A stretch of 64,000 bases of DNA from Phoronis australis (taxonomy: Eukaryota > Animalia > Phoronida), in the NCBI GenBank assembly GCA_002633005.1, contig NMRA01000338.1:161575-225574 (forward strand), given 5' to 3'. The position numbers and the translations under genes were made by a program. Numbering within the stretch: the first letter of the stretch is position 1; each line of letters begins with the position of its first letter. Shown here in pieces: positions 1 to 13,529 of this stretch. The notes under the pieces were generated by a model. The model made no database searches, was not told the DNA's origin, and was given only the letters and a program-made list of their open reading frames with translations.

Positions 1-769
1 AGCGCCGCTGCCGGTCGCCTAGGATATCGCGGGAGATTCTATACTTAGCCATAGTTCCGTTACGAACGCGCCGTGTTCCGAATTTGACACTTGAAATTGG
101 ATTTGAGCCCCCCCCAACACTAAAACTGCACACATTTAAATCTTTTTCATCCGTATAATTTTAATTACCGGGGTTAATTAATAAACTCACCATTTCCCTA
201 CGCTCTTACTGTTTTATTTTTTTGCGGCAGCCAAGGGGGGGGGGGGCCCGGGCCCTCTGGGCCCTCCCCCTAAATCTGCCTATGGAACAACCAGAGCAAA
301 GCTTCATCAAAGTTATCATTAGAGGTCGCAGCAATGATATACGATCACGCAAGACTTGCAAAAAGTAATCTTTGTTATTGTAGCTAACTTGCTCTCAAAC
401 AGACGCAGGTAAATAAATAAAAGAAAGCATACCTGATGAAGAATGACACTGACCATTTTCATAAACACTCTTAAATGGCAGGACAATTTTCAGTTAGCTT
501 CAAACCCACTACTCAATATTTGTTTGATAGTACCAATGAACTGCGTTATCTGGTGCACCTCCGATGACTGATTCGCCATTTAGCAATAACTTTGTTAAAA
601 ATCAGAAAGGTAAGTGAAGTTTCGGCGAAGTTTTGTTGAAGCTTCGGTAAACCAAAGTTGCCCTAATGGGAAAGCGCCATTAGGGTGGGATTTCCACTCA
701 AACCATTCCACTCTCAGAAGGTGTTATCGCCTCATGGGAAAGGAGACTCATTCCCAATGTTTTTACTAT

Positions 770-1183
770 GTATGTAGTGAACCTACAGCACACGACAAAA
801 GTAATCAGACAAATACCATTACCCAGTCAAGTCAGCTATTTCTGACATGTCCAAGATTTTTACTTTATGGACACATTATATATGTAGTGAACCTACAGCA
901 CACAACAAAAGTAATCAGACAAATACCATTTCTCGGTCAAGTCAGCTATTTCTGTTAACATGTCCAAGATATTTACTTTACGGACACATTATATATGTAC
1001 TGAACCTACAGCACACGACAAAAGTAATCAGACGAATACCATTTCCCTATCAAGTCAGCTATTTCTGTTAACATGTCCAAGATTTTTACTTTATGGACAC
1101 ATTATATATGTAGTGAACCTACAGCACACAACAAAAGTAATCAGACACAATAACATTTCGCGTCAAGTCAGCTATCTTTGTTA
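770..1183. repeat. Tandem repeat, 110-113 bp x about 3.6
   Basis: acctacagcac recurs at 781, 891, 1004 and 1117. Confidence 0.95.
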
Positions 1184-2584
1184 ATAAAAAATCAAATCAT
1201 GATTGGTAGTAGCTATAGGCCAGCAAAATTCTTATTACAGAATAGCTTAGCGACCTTACTAACTTTTTGCATTACTTCCTTCTACTTATCGGTTATGGAG
1301 GAAGCCCTACTATTAGTACACTGATAATGAATTTGGCTTGAGCAGATGAGATCCGTAACGGCAGAGAATTGCGGATTGTTTTGTATAAATACGTTTGGCA
1401 GGTTCTGTGCTTGAGCTTTGATACCTTAATTACAAAATTACAAAAAAGATGTTGAAATTCAATTTCATCTTCGCTATGACATTCAACCAGTTCACGCACA
1501 TGTTCATGAAAATTCGAGCCACAGGACGTTATGGCATTAATCGATTGAACAATTTGATTACTTGTAAGAATCAGAAATTCCAGAATGCCCATGAAGATAG
1601 ATTTCAACATCCAGTTCGAAAAATTATTCAACACCAAGTGAGGTGTAACAAATCATTCTGCACATGTCTAACTCAACTGAGAAGTGTTGCTGGCCCTATG
1701 TTTCGATAAGTAGATCTCAATACAGCAAAGTGTTTTCTACTTCACCAAAAGGAGATTTGAATCCAGGGTGGCATGTGGGAATTGAGAGATTGAAATTTAC
1801 AGGGTTATGAGGATGGGCTGATTTTTCTTTGGCATGAAACTGTCTGTCAAAAATACATTGAAAAGCATATTAAGACAAACAGGCTCATTCCAGAATATTG
1901 GGCAAATTTTGTTTTATACCCTCCCCCAAAAGTGAAACTACTACAGCAGTTCCATATAAGGCACTGGAGTTTCACTCGTTGTCAGTTTTCTATAATAAAC
2001 AGGAAAAGAATCTGACCAATAACTGCACAACAACTATTTACCAAGTGATCTTAGCACTAGGAGACAGAACCACTAATTACAATGTGGCATATTTCAGTTT
2101 TCTACATGGCTTCCTGAAGACAAATACAAAATTACATTCAGATCAATAGAGTTGAATTGAACATATGATAGCGAATCCTAGAACTCTGTGCCCTTGAAAT
2201 AATTTTACAAATGAATACATTTACTAATTTGTCTAACAACTTTTCGCCAAGATTTTTTTCTTTCCAGATGTGAAAAAAGACTCACAGTGGTAGTGACATA
2301 GCCAATGAGAGTTAATTTGGTTGAAAGATGAATAAAATCAGTCAACAGTAAATCTTCAATCTTTACCTAACTCCATTTGGTCCATGGTTTTATCAGCTGA
2401 AATTAGGAATGCTAAGTCGCCAAAAAAAATTTTAAAAATGGTTCTTCTCCACACGGGTGCCAACATGAACCAAAACACTGATTTTCAAGGACGATTTTGC
2501 ATTAGTCTAACTGGCACAATTGAGAAAGGTTTATCACTAATTAGTTGGATCCTTATAAGATTATTTATTAAAGAATCCCCACAC

Positions 2585-3072
2585 CAGGCCTTTATGCAGC
2601 GTATGTCCTGGGCGTCCAAATAGACATCCTAGCACTAATCTGGAGGCCCTGGCAAGGACGCCCAATGTATCATTTGGACACCCACTGTCAATAGGAATCT
2701 TTCAAGTTTGGACTCACACATTGCAATGAATACTAGGAAGCCTCTGAAGGCTCCAGTGGGGGCTCTTTTTTCAAAGCAAGAAGAAATATACAATGTATAT
2801 ACAAAGTATATGCATTGTTGCTATTTTGACACTTGATTGACAGCATTGTAAAAGTCTTGGTCTACACAGTTTTTTTTAGTAAAATGCTCACCATAGAAGG
2901 CTGTTTTATAAACTTAGATGTAAAAACCTTGATCTATGCATTTTTTGTAAAAAAATTTGTGTTTGGGGGTATTGCTGGGGGTGGGGGGTTACGCGTCGGA
3001 ATCATGGACGCCCTGGAATATTGGGAACCCCGTTTTGGACGCCCTATTTTCAAAATCCTGGATAAAGGCCTG
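2585..3072. mobile_element. hAT-type MITE
   Basis: TIRs caggcctttatgcag / ctggataaaggcctg; perfect 8-bp TSD CCCCACAC on both sides. Confidence 0.9.
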
Positions 3073-4570
3073 CCCCACACTTTAGAATCGGTTAAAGAAT
3101 CGAAATACTTAGGCATCATGGTGAAAGTTCTCCAATTTCGGATGCTGAAAAATTAAATATTTTGCTCAAATTGAGCTAACCCTAAATTCTAGAAAGACAC
3201 TATAGTGGCCGTTCCAAATTCAAGAATCACCAAAAAGACAGCAAAATTACCTGCTCTGCAGATTGAAAGCAAATAATCCAAAATTTGACAGATGTGATGA
3301 ATGCCAAAATTACCCTTGCTCCAATTAAAAAAAAAAAGAAAACTCAGTTGTTGCAGAGGTTGCTGTGTCTTAAATTCTAATAGATTGATCTAAATTTGAG
3401 AATTTTTACAGGACCATCTTGGTGACCTCAAACAGTTCTCAACATGAGTAATGTCTAGAAGAAAGCACATTAGACTATGGGTATCTAAAATTGAATCCAT
3501 ACATAAGCATATGCAGAGATTGCTTACAAAGCTATGCTCCAACCACCTCAGAATATATGCTTCCACTGCATGGGATGGACCTCTTAGCTTATACAGCGTA
3601 TATGGAGCTATTGAACAAGTAGAAGAGATTGCTCCTCAGGTAATGAGAAGGTTTTAAGGCACATCTTCAGAAGTGCCGATGTGTCACACCTGGCCTCTCC
3701 TCGGCCATAAACACAAAGTTAACTTAGGCTGAAAATGTTTTACAAATGTAATAAAAAATCAGTGGTAAATAATTTTGATTGTGTCCAAGTCCCAAATTTT
3801 GTTAGGAATGGCACGGTAATATCAGATCGACTTACGACACACCAATAAATGGGACACACTACAGAAAAATAATTTTCTCTCAAGGACCGCTGTAGATTGC
3901 AGTAGATTGCAGGCTACATGTCAATGATGACTTCAGCCCAGTTTCCAGTGACAACTTCAGTAGCAAGCTATCTGTTTTCCTAGTGTAACACAGTGAGTGT
4001 GCCCATCTCTTCTTCAGGTGTACCCCTTAACATGTTGCCCTACTCCTCCCAGGCATTAATCTATCATGACCTAGGTCCACTATATTTATTTCTAATTTGT
4101 TGTAGTTGTTCTTGTTTTTGATGTCATAATACTCTGGAGAGAGTGTTCACACTTAAGGCCCTTTCATATTAACTTAACTCCGGTCTGAGCGGAGCGAACA
4201 GCGCAGTTAACTGGACCGTTCATACTGGCTTCGGTAGTTAATGACCATCGAAGTACGAGGGTTAATTGGTGACACTGACGTCATCGAAGTTATCGCAAGG
4301 TAGCGCTATATGATAAGATTTTTTTCAATGTGACAATTTGGGAAATTTAAATGTGCTAAATGACATCAAACTCATTTTTAAATCGATTGGTTATCATTAG
4401 AGCAAAAAATAAGTAGTTATCAGTGACGGCACTACTCTGTATGACTGCAACAGTGGCACCTGGCAATAACTTCGATTGGATTGGAGTTAAGCGTTCATAC
4501 TGACTGCAACTCCCCAAATCATCAACGCATCGACGTTAGTATGAAAGGCCCTTCTAACCAAGAAGAATAA
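3073..4570 (+). mobile_element. Decayed non-LTR retrotransposon (LINE) 3' part with nested MITEs
   Basis: Broken RT C-terminal motifs (ESKYLGI; AYKAML..YASTAWD; IEQVE). The 3' end matches the copy at 39340-39840 and ends in aaccaagaag. Confidence 0.7.
4157..4551. mobile_element. PIF/Harbinger-like MITE
   Basis: TIRs ggccctttcatattaac / gttagtatgaaaggccc, inserted at a TTAA/TAA site near the LINE tail. Confidence 0.75.
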
Positions 4571-5310
4571 TCTTCAGGACTGGCCTATACCCTCTCAATA
4601 CAAAATAAGACCATTGTTTACTTCCTGGACCAGAACAATAGACCACCTGTCTACACCAGCAGGTGTCACTCCACAGTTCAGGGTGTTACCAATAAATAAT
4701 CCAAGATCTGCTTGGCTCCTAATTAGCAAGCACAGTGAGATGTCAGACAAGCCACAGGAAGGCCAAATTAAGTTGCATATGTGACTACAGAGAGTACAGA
4801 TGTTAAGAATTACAAATAAATAATCCATGAATATGATGTGTAAACTCAGCTATTGATTGGCATTAAACCCATTGGAGAGCTGACTAGCACAGCTATATGG
4901 AAGTAAGTATTATGGAGAGTCTTGGAAAACAGTATCTTTTCTTCAGTTGTTCACTACACCTCTTCCTTTAGCTTCTTGACAATCAGTAGTCAAATTACAT
5001 ACTAGGGGAGAGCAGGGAAGGAAATTTAAAGAGCACAGTAATGACCCTCCAATAAAGAGCACACAGTAGGACAGACACATTAGAAACACAACCCATTCCA
5101 CAATAGCTTGTGCTATGTCAATAGATGTACAAGAACCACCAGGCATTATCATGAATGTTAATCTAAATTCCTTTCTGAGAAGCACACCAGCAATGTATGA
5201 GGGGCTGAAAGGGCAAAAATTTTCAAAAAAGAAAACCAACCCTGTTTTGTAATTAATCATATTTTGTAAATTTAATACTACATAAAAATCATTCCTGTTT
5301 TGTAAATTCA

Positions 5311-6470
5311 ATAGCTCACTTGTGAGTTTCTCGTTAGTCAACGTGACGTCACCGGAAGGGGGGCAAAACCCGCCATATTGCTCTTGTTTTGCCCCGAGTC
5401 TTTGCTACACACGCTAAATCTTACTGGATTTCTTATGGTGAATTTTACGCTTAAAACGTTAACACAACTTAAGAGATGGTAGATGGATCGTGGAATAACT
5501 GTCAATAGATGAAGAAAATGTGAAGTTGTTGTGTTGTGCGAAGCTATGAACGGACTGAAATTGGAACTCAACCCGGTCTAGGCCTGAAGGCCGCATGCAT
5601 ACAGCTTTAAAGGGGTGATAGTATATCCCCATAAAAAGTTTAACGCACTTCAAAATACAGCAAATAAAATGAAATGAAACATGCATATGTGCACATGGAG
5701 TTATAATTAACGCATATCCTGACTCTGGATACAATTTAGTCTACAAATAACTTGAACATATCCATGAAAACCTCGCGGTTCGCTCGAGTTTCTCTCACTG
5801 GGCGCCATTTTGAGGAAGTTATGTGAAATCACACCAGTTGACGAACAAAAAGTCCAAGGGACACAAATCTTGCAAATTTCACGTGATATTTTCTCATGGT
5901 ATTTTGCAAGTGTCACGTGCCAGGTCTCGTGTTTCGCTCAGTCTTGCGCTAGCCTTTGCCTCATACTCACCTGACTCAGTTGAAATACTTTGAACTTATC
6001 GCGCGCGCTGTCTAAGTTAACAGTAATCACAAAGTGGAGTTGGAATTTGTCACCTGAATTCCCGTAGCTATGCTTCATTAAAGATATGTTTAGAAGCAGA
6101 AAGGACCACTGAAGAAAGTAAGCACCTTCTTAGGTGATAATTTTAGATGTAGAATGTATTTTTGACGAGGTGAAAACTTAATCAGTGAGCGATTTCGCCT
6201 ACTGCCCGTTTAAAATACACTGGATTAAATTAGTACAGAACGCGATAGAACGTATTGTAGTGTGAATCTGAATTTTATTTGCCATAACAGCAATGCTTGT
6301 TTGGCATTTTTCGAACTAAACGGCTAAAAACTCAAAGAAAATAACAGAATACACTCTGCTACCGTATTGGGCAAATGACCAAACGACAGGTTTTTGCCCC
6401 ACTTCCCGTGACGTCACAGTTAAGTCTCACATAATCTCGCGTTGTTGTTATAAACTCGCAAAAGGACTAT
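5311..6470. mobile_element. Non-autonomous DNA transposon with degenerate TIRs
   Basis: Left gtgacgtcaccggaaggggggcaaaa mirrors right tttttgccccacttcccgtgacgtcac; termini atagctcacttgtgagttt / aaactcgcaaaaggactat. Confidence 0.6.
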
Positions 6471-7254
6471 TCTATATGAAACAGCACTGTTTAGAAGCGA
6501 AACTGCAGTTTTGGAGAATAGAGCGTGTTTTATAAAATCGATTCTGTTTTGTCAATCCTGTCAGCAATTCCCAAAACTAACCCTGTTACAAAAACCGATC
6601 GAACTTATTAAATCAAGTCTGTTTCATCAATCCTGTCGGTGATTCCTAAAACTAATCCTGCTATGAAAGGCCGAGGCCTGCATCATTAATAACGTTGCTC
6701 CTTCCAATAGGCAGATCCAAAGCCTTCAAGACAAATGCTCAAGGTTGTTCCTATTTCCATCATAAAAAGTGTTTGCAAGAATCTGTTATTGAATACTTTT
6801 AACAACCAGTGCCAGGGTGAGCTCCATCATTTTCAGTCATGTGAAAAACTTAGTTTTGCTACCCACAGACAGAATTTGCAAATTAGAATCTCTGAAATGT
6901 AATAACTTTCCATTTAACACATGGATTTTATACGCTTCAGTGGTTTATGAACGTTGACTGAATCTCCGTAACAGGATTGAATTAATGCCTGTAACATGAA
7001 TCTTTAAAACAGCATCTGACTTTATAAAAGCAATGAATCTTCTGAACAGGATGGATTTCATTGAGTTGAATTGAATTTTTGAACTAAGATGAATTATTTT
7101 AAATTGGGTTGAATTAATTAAGTAGAATTGAGTTTACGAAACAGGGTTTAATTAAGGATTGAGTTTATTAAATAGAGTTGAACTTACAAAACAAAGTTGA
7201 TTTTCTTTTTTACACAATTTTTTCCCTTTCTGCCCCTCATAGCAATGACTCTAA

Positions 7255-7663
7255 AGCCCCGTTTAGACTTTTGGCCCGGCGCAACTGACACAGAGCAAAT
7301 TGACCCGTGTCAAGCGGCCGTTTACACACACAACTCACTAACTGTGGCAAGACGGAAATTGAAGGCTGGAGAGACTGGATCGCACATGCACAAATGACGA
7401 GAGTTGCAGAGACAAAGAACCCGTATGAAGGTCATTGCACAAACACAGTAGAGATGATCCTTTCCGCCTTGCTCCAGTTTCGCGTTTAGACTTATAATTG
7501 ACACGACGCAAGATATTCGGGCACAAATTGCTCTACCTCACAAACGGGTGGCAAAAATTTGTCACCGCGGTGTCAATTTGCTCCGTGTCAGTCCATTTAC
7601 ACACTAGAACAACTCGTTCCGTGTCAGTTGATCCGTGTCAACTTTTTAAGTGTAAACGGCACT
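7255..7663. mobile_element. PIF/Harbinger-like MITE
   Basis: TIRs agccccgtttagactt / aagtgtaaacggcact, flanked by TAA/TTA; subterminal inverted repeats. Confidence 0.75.
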
Positions 7664-8698
7664 TTACTGTTTATATTTGCATTCAAAACGTCTCTTGGTC
7701 TAGAGTTGAATTTGATTTGAATAAAAATTTCAACAAGAAAGATGTTTATTCCCTTCCTTACTTCATTACACAAGATCCAAAAACTAGGAGACAAAAGTTC
7801 CGATTGTCAAAAAGAATCATAAACGTAAAGGAAGACAATGCTTGCTTTTTTGTAAAAAGGCAAACTGTGGCACTATAACACATTTTTTGGAGTGTGATTC
7901 TTTATTGTTCTTATCGGCATGCTATCTTAGTGTGCTAGTCCACATGTTGATATCCTTGGTGCAAATGGCTGAAACCATCTTGGTAAAAAGGGAGCAGTAC
8001 TGAGTTAATGTCATTTTAATGAACTAAACACATCATTGAATAGTTTAATTTAATTATCTCCCTGAAATAAGAATGCCATTAGTCTGTTATATGCACTAAG
8101 TTTCAGTCATATGTCTCAACTTTGAATACTAAGAAGCCTGTTGGCCTGCACTCTCAGCATTTTCAGCAACTGTTAAAACTCACTTTTCTTTTTTCACAAG
8201 TTAGCAAACGGATCACAACAAGACTTTTATCCCAATTGTTCACTAGCTGTGTTTTGATGTTCAGTCATACACTACTAGCTAGCCAGCTGGCTAATCTTAA
8301 GATGGCCAACAATTTCCCAAGTAGTATGTTTCAGATGACTTCTGGCTTGATATGTTACTTTTTATTTGTTTTCATTACCTCATTACAAATTTCAATACTT
8401 TAAGTACATAAAATCATCAATTTCATATCAAAAACATCATAAACCAATTCCATCAGTCGATCAGGTCTCAAATTAGAACACCAGCGAACACTTAATTACT
8501 TGATTTCGAATTCCGAGTATTTATTGGTCGATACATACTATATGAAATTGGACAACCAATCACAGCCCTAATCATCCTTCATTGTGTTTAGTGGGCAAAG
8601 TCGCAAGATATTGCTGCTCATTTTCCCGTGATTTATGGTATTATCAGCAATTGCGAGGCATTTCGTTTGTGGCGGATCTGACAACTTGGTAGTATTTT

Positions 8699-8985
8699 AA
8701 GGTACCTAAATTACACGGCAAATGGACTGCTAACACTGTGTCGGATGCAATAATCACTATTTCGCACTATTTACCCAGTAAGCCGATGAGTCCGTGACCG
8801 TATATTCGGCATGTTTTATCAGAGTGAAGTTAGTGAACCGTGTTTGGCAGTCTGTGTGTCATGTTTCAACATGAATGAGTCCCTGACTGTGTATATTGGG
8901 TGAATGGATTCCGTGTATGTGAGTCCGTGTTTTTGCCTCCGATACAGTGTTTAGCAGTCCGTTAAACATGTAGTTTAGGTACCTT
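8699..8985. mobile_element. MITE with about 45-bp TIRs
   Basis: aaggtacctaaattacacgg..ctaacactgtgtcgg / ccgatacagtgtttagcag..tagtttaggtacctt. Confidence 0.8.
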
Positions 8986-11578
8986 GTATTTGACCACGCT
9001 GTGACTTTTGGCTTTTCCGAGGGATATCGGCCAGAAGCTCAGCTATAGCACAACACTGTATAAGAAACTTGCGTCTTGTTGGACGTGACACAATGGCACT
9101 GGGTACAATCATACGTCACACTCATGTATGTGGAGTGTGGAGCTAAGAAACTTTCAACTGAATTTGCCTTTCTTTTTATATTCCCGGGTTTTTTTTGAGG
9201 ATACTGAATTCAATGTTGTGAAATGCAGTGTTATAAAGGAAGGTTTAATGATGCTGTCAAAGTAGCCACTTGCCAAAACAAGGTAAATGGTGGTTTTAAG
9301 CACTTTCACCCCTCACCCTTGCTTATCATCACCAATTATCCTCCTTGGTCACATAACCCCCCTTCTTCTGAAAAAATAATAAGCTATCAACATTACAAGG
9401 CTTTTGTTCTGACACTGTGAATTCAAAGTAAATATTTGGACTAAAAAGGAGACCTGTAAGTTAATTAAATACTGTGGTCTAAAATTATGGAAATGCTTGT
9501 AAGGAAAGATGCCCTTTGCTCATATCATTGTATATAAAACAGTGAGCTTGTTGTCAAGTTGAATAGATTATCGTTAATAGTCATTTATAGGGGTATTACA
9601 CTTAGAGAACCTGTTTTCTCCGCTGAATTACTGGCGATAAAGTGGTTCTCAAAATCCGGGACCCCTATAAGTGACTATTTTGTAAACAGCAAATCCATTG
9701 TGATTTTAATGAATTGCGCAATGTGGAATATTATATTTCAAAAATCACCAAAAGATTAATGATACCATTTACAAAATTCATAGGTCTATATGTAAGAAAG
9801 GATATCACTATATCACCACTTCAAATTTATGATACCGTCATATTTGCTTCAAATAAAGCTTTGTGCAAAATCGATTACAAGAGCCCCCAAGCTTGCTACA
9901 AATAGATTTTTGATGAGTAGCAAAGTAGCTTCAGTATTTTGATGAGTGATTAAACAAACATGACTCCTAGCAACAAATACCACTGGTCACTTTGTACATT
10001 AAAGATTCTTCAATTTCAGACAAAACTAGTTTGCTAAAATAGCCTCATTTTCTTTACTTCAGGTTTATGACAGTGCTGTCTAATCTTTTTTCACCATGGG
10101 CCACTTAGAAGAAATTATGTAAGGCCAGCAATGAGACAATATATTGGCCATACATAATTTCTCTATATATACAGGTTTTTGCCAACTGTCATTTATTCTG
10201 CTGTGTATGGTAGCAGCTAGTATAATACTGTGGCCACTAAATAACCAGGACAGTATGACAGGGGAAAGAGGAGAAGTAAATTCTAGCATTTAAATATCCT
10301 AAGTATTCAACAAGTTTGTAAAGATACACTTTATTTTAACTTCAACAGTGGTGCATTGAATGAGAGCATTAAGATGTTATTTTATAGCTGATAGGTCTGG
10401 AGTATGTTCTATGTGTGCACCACGAAGTAGCAGAAGAGCAAGTGACAGTCATTTTTTCTAGTTCCCAGTCTGTTTTTGTTGAAATTCAAATTTGAAAACA
10501 TTTGTTGGCATATTTAACAAAAGAGACATGTCATCGCTATGCAAAGCGCCTAATCAGTGGATCATATCCTAGCTTCCACAAAATCCCAGAAGCATTAGTA
10601 GCTGGTGTTGGATCTTCAGGAAATCCTACAAATGTACTCTACAAATCCTCATCAGCAAGAGGGTATGAAAATTAATTATTTTGCTGAAAGTCAGAGTTTG
10701 TAATTTTAGAAGTAGGCAATGTTTAACCATGATCCAAAATTTAAGTGTTAGGATCAACAGAAAGGATCATCCCCTCAATGTTACGCAATATGGAGACACA
10801 TGAAAACATTCCCTCTGGTGCCTTGGCCTAGGTCTTCAGTTCCAACTTAATTCCTGTATACATGTCTCTGTATGTTATATGTGTTTATTAATAAATGAAA
10901 AAAGGTTTCAGGTATTTGGTACACTGGGCCCATCTAAGTGCCTGCGTACGTCTGATGCAATGTGTATGAGATCACTTGCAATATTATTTTTCTTGATGAG
11001 AAATCATGCAAAGTAATCTAGTTTTCTGTCAAAATCACAAATAATCTACATGTAGGTGTTGAGTTTTGCAAACATAATTGCCGTTGTTTATCCATACAGA
11101 ATGGTTTCTCAATACCATTACCCTTTTAGTTGACCATTTGCCTTTCTCAGAAGCTATTAAGAACAATCACATTATTTGTCATCACATTTTACGAGCTAGC
11201 TACAGTTTCAAATGACAGATCTAGATTCCCTATAAAAATCCTCATAGTTCTATTCCCATACAATTGGAAAATCAATCCATAATAAAACCTTTCCAGGAAC
11301 AGCAGTAATCAATATTAAAACAAAAGGCCGATTCTTCTAAGTGATCTAACCATAACATTAGTGAACTCATTAAAGCTTATGAAGTAAATCATTAACAGTG
11401 GGGAGTGGTTGACATACCTATTCATTATTCATGATGCCTAGTGTTGAACTCAAGAACATTACCACCACAAGGTTCTAATGTATTAGCCTTGTACACACCA
11501 AAGCAGTCACAACTTTTAGAACTGATTTAAAGGTTCAATTCTTGGTGCACATTGTACCAGACTCGCTCATGTGAGCCC

Positions 11579-11742
11579 CTGGAAGGACGGATCCAGGACT
11601 TTGAGTTGGGGGGGGGCCAGGGCAGAGTATTAGTCAGGACTTTGGCTGTCAGACGTTCACACCCCCGAACTGCCAAATGGAATTTGGGAGAATTTTAGGG
11701 GGCCATGGCCCGCTTGCCCCCCCCCCTCTAAATCTGCCACTG
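11579..11742 (-). mobile_element. hAT-like MITE, reverse copy of the 36736 element
   Basis: Reverse complement aligns along its length with 36736-36909; flanked by agccc on both sides. Confidence 0.8.
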
Positions 11743-12076
11743 AGCCCATTGCACTGATCAGCTGAAACCAATTTCATGCTTTATTAGTTAAAACTGAGTT
11801 GAGGAGTTAGACCTGACTGAATGGTGGTAGATATGTTATTTCATTTTTAAAGCAGCATTTTAAAGTAATGCAAATGCTCAAAATTTATCCAAATTTGATG
11901 TGGATAGATGACAGCACTCATCAATGCTTTATCATTCAAACATTTCACAAATAGGGAAATAAAAATTTTCTTGCAGGAGTTTTGATATCAAAAAATTTGA
12001 CAAAGACTGCAGAATTTTATAGTAATTGAAATAAACATAGATGGATTGATGATCTTCCGTATATTGATTCTATTTA

Positions 12077-12126
12077 ATGTAGGGATACTGTCATGAGCAC
12101 ATGTGCTCATGACAGTATCCCTACAT
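12077..12126. repeat. Perfect 50-bp spacerless palindrome
   Basis: atgtagggatactgtcatgagcaca|tgtgctcatgacagtatccctacat. Confidence 0.95.
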
Positions 12127-13283
12127 GAAGGCAGTGCCCCACTTAGGTCACAGGTAATAAGGGTTAAAGGCCAAACAAACCAGCTATCATCAGTCTGCTA
12201 TTGGGTTTGACACCAAATTGGCCCATTTTGTGAGTAGACACTTGACCTTGCATAAAACTCACTGCAGTATCTTTTTACCCTTCAATCACTTGGGCAAAAT
12301 GTTGATCTAACCTGGTGGGTTAGAGTGTCAGTAGTGTTAAGAGAAGAAATAACAACCCAGCATTAATTACTAACAGAAGGAATTTCACTACAAACCACAA
12401 TTATGTAAAAAAGAGACAAAAGATCTCTTCTGGTCTTGACAATTTTCACTTGCCAAATATGAAACATTACTCTTCAAGCATCTTTTTTTGGAAAAATACC
12501 AAGACATTTTTGACCTTCCAAATGTTTTAAAAGTTTTGATTATCAATCAAAACACTATTAAAATGGTTACAGAACAGTATACATGTGAAGATCTGGTTGA
12601 TTGAAACTAGAGGGGCCTACAGAAAACTCAACACAAAATTCAACACGCCATGTCCATGAACTCCTCCCTAGTCCAGAAATACTTTCAAACTGGAGTAAGA
12701 AACACTTGAGTCCAATAGTCTGAACAATCATTGTTGTGTCCTGATAGTCCTGGTGATCTTAATCAAAAGATATATATTTGACAAAAGACAAACCATAATA
12801 CCTTAAACACCAGTAGGTTCAATGTTTCCACAGCAGAGATCAAAATGTTTCAAAAGTTTGTTAGTGACTACTATACATATACAAGCTTAGATCCACTTGC
12901 CTGCATCCGAAGTAAACGCATTCGTTTAAAGGAAATTTTTTGCTTAAGTGTTTCTGGCATGTAGGAGCAACCAGCCACTAGAAAGGTATTAGCGTACTAA
13001 CACTATTGCTAACAGCATTACATACAGATGTAAAGTAGTTCATAAATATTCTACGTTGACATTTTCAAGGTATTCAGCAAGATTATTCTTGCTATATGAT
13101 GGTGTACTTTCAAGTTAATAATTGATCTCGCCAACACAACTAACACCAGAGTCCTGACAAAAAAAATGAATAACAAACACTGATAGGTCTATATCCTTAA
13201 AGGAGAATGCCACCTGATTTCATTAGTCTTTTTTGCCGTCTTAATCGGTCTATCCACATCGCCTCGCACACGGTCGACCTTAC

Positions 13284-13529
13284 CTTGCCGAGAGGTGTTG
13301 CGTTAATCTGTGAGGAAGGTGAGAAACGAAGCAGCGACGTCAGTGGTTCATTTGCTGAGTTAATGCCGTTATGTTGCGGTGCATCGTTCCCGCTTGTCCG
13401 AACTATGCAGCTGCGAGGAAAGTGGGTATATCGTTCTTTTTGACTTCCTCGAGATTCCGAAATGCTTAGGAAGTGGCTCGCGGTAGTGAAGAATGAAAAG
13501 TACACTGTAAGTAGCAAGTAAGAGGCCAT
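13284..13529 (-). CDS. Candidate alternative first exon with hydrophobic N-terminus
   Basis: 82 open codons MASYLLLTVYFSFFTTASHFLSISE...LGK ending at the strong donor AAG|GTAAGG, in locally GC/CpG-rich sequence. Confidence 0.4.

Noticed and set aside
614-1184. Three overlapping ORFs as a repeat protein
   Set aside because: By-products of the 110-113 bp tandem repeat.
4943-5341. 132-aa hydrophobic minus-strand ORF as another signal exon
   Set aside because: Weak donor (GTGTAG), low-complexity AT-rich start, and overlap with a TE end.
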